A stretch of 58,577 nucleotides of DNA. It comes from Malacoraja senta. Its lineage: Eukaryota. This document shows positions 49,450 through 58,577 of this stretch, in pieces. Below the pieces are notes generated by a model. The model did no database searches and was not told the DNA's origin. It saw only the letters and a list, made by a program, of their open reading frames with translations. Each line of letters begins with the position of its first letter. Within the stretch, counting starts at the first letter, position 1. The translations under genes were made by a program, and so were the position numbers. The stretch is taken from positions 1-58,577 of the forward strand of contig JAXLNO010000614.1 of assembly GCA_038087875.1 (NCBI GenBank), read 5' to 3'.

Positions 49450-52400
49450 CTAGACCAAGTGCAGACCCGTTGGGTCTGGACACCGAACGTGCGTTTGCGG
49501 GTGGGGGGGGGGTACTGTGGCGTCACAGTAACCACCCCCTTTGCTCCAAAGCACGGTTGCAGGGTGGGAATCTGGCACCCACGAACACACACACTCATAA
49601 CAACCCTTGATATTATCTTAATTTTTTAATTTGCTTCTTTTATCCCATCTCCACCCTATCCACTGACGAATAGCCCTCACCTCTCAGGTGCGTCTAGAGG
49701 GGGGGGGACAGAGAGTGCAAATTTAATGTTAGAATTAAATAAATTTGAAGAGGGGGAGGAGGAGGGTGGAGAGGAAGGGGGGAGAGAGGAAGGGGTGCGA
49801 GGAAGGGGGATAGAGAGGTGGGTGTGGAGAGAGTAAGGAGAGGATGTTGGAGATAGGTGAAGGGGGGTGTTTTGAGCTGGTGTTCATGAGTTAAGCTGCG
49901 GGCTGTGAAGAGAGAAGGGCAGAGAGAGAGAGAGAGGGGAGAGACAGAGAGACTGGTACACCCAAAAAAGGTGGTGAAATTCAGCGGGTGCAGCAGCATC
50001 TATGGAGCGAAGGAAATAGGCAATGTTTGTGGCTGAAACCCATCTTCAGACGTGTTTTGTTATGAAACATTGCCTATTTCCTTCGATCCAAAAATGCTGC
50101 TGCACCCGCTGAGTTTATACTTCATTTTTTTGTTTACCTTGCGTTTGGGGGGGGGGGGCTGCGGCTGCAGCATCACACTCACACTAACCACCCCCCAAAC
50201 ACACAGGCGGGGGGAGTGGGGGAGAGGGAGACGGGGTTGGGGAGAGGAGGGGAGGGGGAGAGAAGGAGACGGGGTGGGGAGAGAAGAGGGGAGGGAGGGG
50301 ATGGAAGAGGGGGACGGAGGGGAGAGGGGGAGGAGGAAAGGGGAGAGATTGGGGAAGGAGAGGAGATCAGGGTGGGTGAGAGGGAGGGTGAGGAGAGTTT
50401 GGAGTGGGAGGAGAGCGGGGAGGGCAGGAAGGGGGGAGAGGGGGGGAGGGGATGAGGGGAAGGGGAGAGGAGTAGGGGGAAGAGAGGGAGAGAGGAGAGA
50501 AGTGGGGAGGGAGAGGGGAAGAGTGGGGAGTGCAGACCAAGTGCAGACCCGTTGGGTCTGGACACCGAACGTGCGTTTGGGGCGGGGGGCTGTGACGTCA
50601 CACTAACCACCCGTTGGGTCTGTACCTCCAAAGCAGGGTTGCGGGGTGTGAATCTGGCACCCACAAACACACACACTCATCACACCCTTGATATTATATT
50701 AATATTTTAAAGACAGAGAGACTGTTGGCGGGCTGTTTTCCCAACGCGCGTTTGCGGGAGGGGGTGGGCTGCGGCATCACACTCACACTAACCACCCCCC
50801 AAACACAGGTGGGGGAGGGTGGAGAGGAAGACGTGGTGGTGAGAGAAGAGGGAGAGGGAGACGGGGTGGGGAGAGAAGAGGAGAGGGGGAGGGAGGGGAG
50901 AGGGGGAAGAGGAAAGGGAGAGATTGGGGAGGGAGAGGAGATCAGGGTGGGTGAGAAGGAGGGGGAGGAGGGTGGGGAGTGGGAGGAGAGCGGGGAGGGC
51001 AGGGAGGGTGAAGGGGATGAGGGGAAGGGGAGAGGAGTAGGGGGAAGAGAGGGAGAGAGGGAGGGGAGGGAGAGGGGAACAGTGGGGAGTGAGGGGCAGA
51101 GGGGTAACGGGGAGTGGTGCAAGAGAGAGGGGAAGGGGGTAGGGGGGAGATGGGGGTGAAGAGGGGTGGTGGAGGGGGAAGAGAGAGTGTGGGAGGGGAG
51201 GGAGGGGTAGAGCAGAGAGGGGGAAGAGTGTGGAGGGAGAGTTGAAGTAGGAGGGATAGGGACAGTCCATCTGTTACCCATTCCCTTCACCCCCAATCCT
51301 CTTTCTCTATTGCCACACACGTGACGACGCCCTTCGACACAGGCTGCGGGGGTGGGGGGGAGGGGCTGGTGCTGTTGCTGCTGCAAAGTTATATGTAAAT
51401 TGGTTCATTCCGATTGGACATCTTTGAGCATTGGGCATTGTGACATCACAAAACGGAACCTTCATTAACATTCTATTGCTGAGAGCTGTTTTTTAAAACA
51501 TTTTGAAATTTCCCCATTCCCTATCCCCCCCACACACGTGGCGACGCCTTTCGACACAGGCTGTGGGGTTGGGGGTGAGGGGCTTGGGCTGTGGGTGCTG
51601 CCAAGGCATATGTAAACGGATTCATTTCGATTTGTCACACGTGTCGCAGGGCGTCGCCACGTGTGTGGGGGCGATAGGGAATGGGGACATTTCAAAATGT
51701 TAAACAAACAGCTCTCAGCAATAGAATGTTAATGAAGGTTCCGTTTTGTGATGTCACAATGCCCAATGCTGCGGGGGTTTGGGGGGGAGGGGCCGGGGCT
51801 TGGGTCGCTGCAAAGGTATATGTAAATGGATCCATTCCGATTGGACATCTGTGACCATTGTGCATTGTGACATCACACAACGGAATCTTTACTAACATTC
51901 TACGGCTGAGCTGTTTTTTAAACATTTTGAAATGTTTGGTTTGGGGGGGGAGAGAGGTATTTTATTTTAAAAAGCGTACCTCAACACGACCAAATTTAAT
52001 CAGGATCGTCTATTCGTAAAGATAAACGTAACCTCTTTAGAAACGGTAAAAAATATCGGCGTTTCCGCGCGCCTCGCGGGCGCGGGGCGGTATCATAGGC
52101 GGGACAAGTCAAGCAGAACGTTGGACGTACAGACGTACAGAACGTTGGACGTACAGACGTAGAGACGGACGACAGCCAGAGAGTTTTAAAAGTATACTAG
52201 ACCAAGTGCAGACCCGTTGGGTCTGGACACCGAACGTGCGTTTGCAGGGGGGGGGGGGGGCTGTTGCGTCACACTAACCACCCCCTTTCCTCCAAAGCAC
52301 GGAATCCTGCATCCACAAACACACACACTCATCACACCCCTTGATATTACATTAATTTTTAAATTTGATTATTTTATCCCATCTCCACCCTATCCACTGA

Positions 52401-54979
52401 TGAATAGCCCTCACCTCTCAGGTGCTTCTAGAGGGGGGGTGGCAGAGAGACAAAATTTAATGTTAAAAATTTGAAGAGGGATGGAGGAGGGGGGAGAGAC
52501 AGGTGGGGAGAGAGGAGGGGGAGAGAGGAGAGTGGTGGAGAGAGGAAGGAGACGATGGGGGAGAAAGGTGAAGGGGGTGTTTGGAACGGGCGTGCATGAG
52601 TCGAGCCGCGGGCTGTGAAGAGAGAAGGGCAGAGAGAGAGAGAGAGAGAGATGGGAGAGACAGAGACTGGTACACAAAAAAAAGCTGGAGAAACACAGCG
52701 GGTGCAGCAGCATCTATGGAGCGAATGAAATAGGCAAAGCTTTGGGCCGAAGCCCATCCTCAGTTTTTTTTTTTACCTGAAACGTTTCCTATTTCCTTCG
52801 ATCCATAGATGCTGCTGCACCGCTGATGTTATACCGCTTTTTTTTGTGTATCTTTGATTTCCAGCATCTGCAGTTCCGTGTTAAAGACAGACAGACTGTT
52901 GGTGGGCTGTTTTCCCAACGCGCGTTTGCGGGAGGGGGGGGTGCTGCGGCATCACACACACTGACCACCCCGCAAACACACTCGTGGGGAAGGGGGAGAG
53001 GAAGACGGGGTGTGGAGAGAAGAGGAGAGGGGGAGGGAGGATAGAGGGCGAGGAGGAAAGGGGAGAGATTGGTGAGGTTGAAGAGAGTAGGGTGGGGGAG
53101 AGGGATGGGGAGGAGAGTGGTGAGTTAGGAGAGCGTGGAGGGCAGGAAGGGGGGAGAGGGGATGTTAGAGGTGGAGAGGGGGAATGAGGGGAAGGGGAGA
53201 GGAGTAGGTGGAAGAGAGGGAGAGAGGGAGGGGGAGGGAGAGAGGTGGGGTAGGGAGAGGGGAAGAGTTGGGAGTGAGTGGTTGCGGGGAGTGGTGCAAG
53301 AGAGAGTGGAAGGGGGTGGGGGGGTTATGGGGGTGAAGAGGGGGGGCGGAAGGGTAAGTTAGGGTGTGGGAGGGGAGGGAGGGGGAGACGAGAGAGGGGG
53401 AAGAGTGGGGGAGGGAGAGTGGAAGTAGGAGGGGAAGGGACAGTCGGGGTGGGGAGAGAAGAGGAGAGGGGGAGGAGGAAAGGGGAGAGATTGGTGAGTG
53501 AGAAGAGAGCAGGGTGGGGGAGAGGGAGGGGGGGGGAGTGGGGAGTGGTAGGAGAGCGGGGAGGGCAGGAAGGGGGGAGAGGATGTTAGAGGTCGAGAGA
53601 GGGGATGAGGGGAAGGGGAGAGGAGTAGGAGGAAGAGAAGGAGGGGAGGGAGGGGGAGAGGAGAGAGGAGGGGGAGGGAGAGTGGAAGTAGGAGGGGTAG
53701 GGGCAGTCCATCTGTTCCCCATTCCCTATCACCCCCAATCCTCTTTCTCTATTCCCACACACGTGGCGACGCCCTTCGACACAGGCTGCGGGGGTGGGGG
53801 GGAGGGGCTGGGGTTGCTGCCAAGGCATATGTAAATTGGTCCATTCCGATTGGACATCTGTGAGCATCGGGCATTGTGACATCACACAATGGAATCTTTA
53901 CTAACATTCTATGGCTGAGCTGTTTTTTTAAACATTTTGTAATGTTTGGTGGGGGGGGGGAGAAGTATTTTATTTTAAAAAGTGTACATAAACACGACCA
54001 AATTTAATCAGGAGTGGTTATTCGTAAAGATAAATGTAATCTCTTTAGAAATGGTAAAAAATATCGGCGTTTCTGTGCGCTGTGTGGGCCAGGGGCGGTA
54101 TCAAAGGTGGCGTACGGACGTACAGACGTACAGACGTACAGACGGACGGCAGCCAGAGAGTTTTAAAAGTATACTAGACCAAGTGCAGACCCGTTGGGTC
54201 TGGACACCGAACGTGCGTTTGGGGCGGGGGGCTGTGACGTCACACTAACCACCCGTTGGGTCTGTACCTCCAAAGCAGGGTTGCGGGGTGTGAATCTGGC
54301 ACCCACAAACACACACACTCATCACACCCCTTGATATTATATTAATATTTTAATTTTCTTCTTTTATTCCATCTCCACCCTATCCACTGACGAATAGCCC
54401 TCACCTCTCAGGTACGTCTCGAGGGGGGGGGTGGTGCAGAGAGAGAAAATTTAATGTTAGGGAAAAAAAATTGTGAGGTGGGGGAGGAGGAGGTTGAGAG
54501 GAAGGGGGGAGAGAGGAGGGTGAGAGAGGAGAGGGGTGGAGAGAGGAAGAAGAGGATGGGAGAGAGGTGAAGGGGGTGGGTTGGACCAGGCGTGCATGAG
54601 TTGAGTCGCGGGCTGTGAAGAGAGAAGGGCAGAGAGAGAGAGAGAGGGAGAGACAGATAGACTGGTACACACAATAAAACTCGAGAAACACTGCGGGTGC
54701 AGCAGCATCTATGGAGTGAAGGAAATAGGCAATGCTTTTGGCGGAAACCCACCCTCAGACGGGTTTTCACGAAACGTTGTCTATTTCTTTTGATACATAG
54801 ATGCTGCTGCACCCGCTGAGGTTATGAAGCATTTTTTTGTGTACCTTTGATTTCAAGCATCTGCAGTTCTGTCTTAAAGACAGAGAGACTGTTGGCGGGC
54901 TGTTTTCCCAACGCGCGTTTGCGGGAGGGGGGGGGGGCTGCGGCATCACACTCACACTAACCACCCCCCAAACACAGGC

Positions 54980-56125
54980 GGGGGTAGGGGTGGAGAGGAA
55001 GACGGGGTGGGGAGAGAAGAGGGGAGAGGGAGACGGGGTGGGGAGAGAAGAGGAGAGGGGGAGGGAGGGGAGAGGGGGAGGAGGAAAGGGGAGTAATTGG
55101 TGAGGGAGAAGAGAGCAGGGTGGGGGAGAGGGAGGGGGAGGAGAGTGGTAGGAGAGCGGGGAGGGCAGGAAGGGGGGAGAGGGGGGAGGGGATGTTAGAG
55201 GTGGAGAGAGGGGATGAGGGGAAGGGGAGAGGAGTAGGGGGAAGAGAGGGAGAGAAGGAGGGGGGAGGGATAGAGGTGGGGGAGGGAGAGAGGAAGAGTG
55301 GGGAGTGAGAGAGAAGGGAGGGGGGAGAGGGGTGGGGGTGGGGGTTGTGGAGGGAGATGGGGATGGGTTTGGGAGGTTAAGTGGAAGAATGGGGAGGGAG
55401 ATGGAGAGGTGTAGGGGGAGTGGTGGAAGTGGGAGAGAGGGAGGGGGAGAGGTGTAGGGGAGTGGTTGAAGAGGGATAGCGGGGTAGCGGGAAGGGGACG
55501 GGGTGAGAGAGGAAGGGGGATGTGGGAGAGAGTAATGGGGGTGGGAGGAGGAGGGGGATGAGAGGGAGAGGGGTGAGGAGAAGGGGATGGAGAAGGGGAG
55601 GAGAGAGGGTGGGTAAGGCGAGGAGAAGGGTAGAGAGGTGTGGGGGAGGGTGGCGACGGGGTTGGGAGAGAAGAGGGGAGGGGGGAGGGGGGAGAGGGAG
55701 ACGGGGTGGGGAGAGAAGAGGGGAGAGGGAGGGAGGAGGAGAGAGGGAGGAGGAAAGGGGAGAGATTGGTGAGGGAGAAGAGAGCAGGGTGGGGGGAGAG
55801 GGACGGGGAGGAGAGTGGGGAGTGGGAGGAGAGCGGGGAGGGCAGGAAGGGGGGAGGGGGGAGGGGATGTTAGAGGTGGAGAGAGGGGATGAGGGGAAGG
55901 GGAGAGGAGTAGGTGGAAGAGAGGGAGAGAGGGAGGGGAGGGAGAGGGGAAGAGTGGTGAGTGAGGGGCAGAGGGGTAGCGGGGAGTGGTGCAAGAGAGA
56001 GGGGAAGGGGGTGGGGGGGAGGGGGGTGAAGAGGGTGGTGGAGGGGGAAGAGAGGGTGTGGGAGGGGAGGGAGGGGAGAGAGAGGGGGAAGAGTGGGGAG
56101 GGAGAGTTGAAGTAGGAGGGGTAGG
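54980..56125 (+). repeat. Polypurine G-rich low-complexity tract (similar tracts at 46360-46820, 50210-50530, 50810-51260, 52985-53705, 58060-58370)
   Basis: Almost only G/A with many G3-G7 runs; internally duplicated modules such as GAGACGGGGTGGGGAGAGAAGAGG. Confidence 0.9.
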
Positions 56126-58577
56126 GACAGTCCATCTGTTACCCATTCCCTATCACCCCCAATCCTCTTTGTCTATTGCCACACACGTGACGACGCCCTT
56201 CGACACAGGCTGCGGGGGTGGGGATGAGGGGCTGGGGCTGGGGCTGCTGCCAAGCCATATGTAAACGGATTCATTTTGATTGGATATGTTTGAGCATTGG
56301 GCATTGTGACATCACAAAACGGAACCTTCATTAACATTCTATTGCTGAGAGCTGTTTTTTTAAACATTTTGAAATGTCCCCATTCCCTATCCCCCCCCAC
56401 ACACGCGGCGACGCCCTTCGACACAGGCTGTGGGGTTGGGGGGGAGGGGCTGGGGCTGGGGCTGCTGCCAAGGCATATCTAAATGAATCCATTCCCATTG
56501 GACATCTGTTAGCATCGGGCATTGTGACATCACACAACGGAATCTTTACTAACATTCTATGGCTGAGCTGTTTTTTTAATCATATTGAAATGTTTGGGGG
56601 TGGGGGGGGAGAAGTATTTTATTTTTAAAAGTGTACATAAAAACGACCAAATTTAATCAGGGTTGTCTATTCGTAAAGATAAACGTAATCACAGGCTGCG
56701 GGGTTGGGGGGGAGCGGCTGGGGCTGGGGCTGCTGCAAAGGCATATGTAAACGGATTCATTTCGATTTGTCACACGTGTCGCAGGGCGTCGCCACGTGTG
56801 TGGGGGCGATAGGGAATGGGGACATTTCAAAATGTTAAACAAACAGCTCTCAGCAATAGAATGTAAATGAAGGTTCCGTTTTGTGATGTCACAATGCCCA
56901 ATGCTGCGTGGGTTGGGGGGGAGGGGACGGGGCTGGGTCCGCCGCAAAGGCATATGTAAATGGATCCATTCCGATTGGACATCTGTGACCATTGTGCATT
57001 GTGACATCACACAACGGCATCTTTACTAACATTCTACGGCTGAGCTGTTTTTTTAAACATTTTGAAATGTTTGGTTTGGGGGGGGGAGAGGTATTTTATT
57101 TTAAAAAGCGTACGTAAACACGACCAAATTTAATCAGGATCGTCTATTCGTAAAGATAAACGTAACCTCTTTAGAAACGGTAAAAAATATCGGCGTTTCC
57201 GCGAGCCGCGCGGGCGCGGGGCGGTATCAAAGGCGGGACAAGTCAAGCAGAACGTTGGACGTACAGACGTACAGACGTACAGACGTACAGACGTACGGCA
57301 GCCAGAGAGTTTTAAAAGTATATAGACTAGACCAAGTGCAGACCCGTTGGGTCTGGACACCGAACGTGCGTTTGCGGCTGGGGGGGGGGTGCTGTGGCGT
57401 CACAGTAACCACCCCCTTTGCTCAAAAGCACGGTTGCGGGGTGGGAATCTGGCACCCACGAACACACACACTCATAACAACCCTTGATATTATCTTAATT
57501 TTTTAATTTGCTTATTTTATCCCATCTCCACCCTATCCAGTGATGAATAGCCCTCACCTCTCGGGTGCATCTGGAGGGGGGGGGGCAGAGAGTGAAAATT
57601 GAAGAAGGGGAGGAGGAGGGTGGAGAGGAAGGGGGGAGAGAGGAAGGGGTGCGAGGAAGGGGGATAGAGAGGAGGGTGTGGAGAGAGTAAGGAGAGGTTG
57701 TTGGAGATAGGTGAAGGGGGGTGTTTTGAGCTGGTGTTCATGAGTTAAGCTGCGGGCTGTGAAGAGAGAAGGGCAGAGAGAGAGAGAGAGGGGAGAGACA
57801 GAGAGACTGGTACACCCAAAAAAGGTGGTGAAATTCAGCGGGTGCAGCAGCATCTATGGAGCGAAGGAAATAGGCAATGTTTGTGGCCGAAACCCATCTT
57901 CGGACGTGTTTTTTTATGAAACATTGCCTATTTCCTTCGATCCAAAGATGCTGCTGCATCCGCTGAGTTTATACTTCATTTTATTGTTTACCTTGCGTTT
58001 GGGGGGGGGGGCTGTGGCTGCGGCATCACACTCACACTAACCACCCCCCAAACACACAGGCGGGGGGAGTGGGGGAGAGGGAGACGGGGTTGGGGAGAGG
58101 AGGGGAGGGGAGAGAAGGAGACGGGGTGGGGAGAGAAGAGGGGAGGGAGGGGAGGGAAGAGGGGGGCGGAGGGGAGAGGGGGAGGAGGAAAGGGGAGAGA
58201 TTGGGGAGGGAGAGGAGATCAGGGTGGGTGAGAGGGAGGGTGAGGAGAGTTTGGAGTGGGAGGAGAGCGGGGAGGGCAGGAAGGGGGGAGAGGGGGGGTG
58301 GGGATGAGGGGAAGGGGAGAGGAGTAGGGGGAAGAGAGGTGGGGAGGGAGAGGGGAAGAGTGGGGAGTGCAGACCAAGTGCAGACACGTTGGGTCTGGAC
58401 ACCGAACGTGTGTTTGGGGCGGGGGGCTGTGACGTCACACTAACCACCCGTTGGGTCTGTACCTCCAAAGCAGGGTTGCGGGGTGTGAATCTGGCACCCC
58501 ACAAACACACAAACTCATCACACCCCTTGATATTATATTAATATTTTAAAGACAGAGAGACTGTTGGCGGGCTGTTT

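Larger units (their letters stand above)
45158..58577 (-). mobile_element. Tandem head-to-tail array of non-autonomous Helitron-like elements (at least 10 units; runs off the window)
   Basis: On the minus strand each unit ends CAGACCC-AAC-GGGTCTG hairpin + CACTTGGT + CTAG. CTAG starts at 45158, 45625, 47324, 47801, 48266, 48929, 49450, 52197, 54174 and 57327. Units begin (TCTA)TATACTTTTAAAACTCTCTGG followed by (CTGTACGT)n. Confidence 0.8.

Noticed and set aside
45158..49450. CRISPR-like array (conserved palindromic repeat with spacers)
   Set aside because: Intervening sequences are 0.4-3 kb and mutually homologous, there are no cas genes, and the context is eukaryotic; Helitron termini explain it.
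46260..58510. Long Pro/Ser-rich and Gly/Glu/Arg-rich ORFs (e.g. 54767-56146, 459 aa) and KKRWRRFR-repeat ORFs
   Set aside because: By-products of stop-poor low-complexity and minisatellite DNA; frames are not conserved between repeat units.

Overview
Repeat-dense vertebrate genomic DNA, most likely a cartilaginous fish (skate/ray-like; inferred from HER1-type CR1 LINEs and HE1-type V-SINEs). No intact host gene is evident. From 1-44 kb, the fragmented exons of an intron-containing giantin (GOLGB1)-like pseudogene (+ strand, ~5.7-25.8 kb) are buried among many mobile elements: nested CR1 LINEs, two near-full-length DIRS1 tyrosine-recombinase retrotransposons with ITR/ICR structure, a Rex1/Babar LINE, Gypsy, hAT-like and Penelope remnants, and a Vingi/Ingi-type LINE. 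Ribozyme folds read directly from the sequence are a complete HDV-like ribozyme at the 5' end of the Vingi LINE (29086-29153, -), a P4-less HDV-like ribozyme heading a 137-bp TSD-flanked mini-retroposon (32710-32846, +), and many minimal hammerhead cores in short Penelope-derived repeats. From 45.1 kb to the end is a >13-kb head-to-tail array of non-autonomous Helitron-like units (- strand; TC 5' end, hairpin+CTAG 3' end). Its junction grammar suggests self-targeted nested insertion, and its long units have captured Penelope hammerhead repeats. Family and gene names come from recalled motifs, not database searches.
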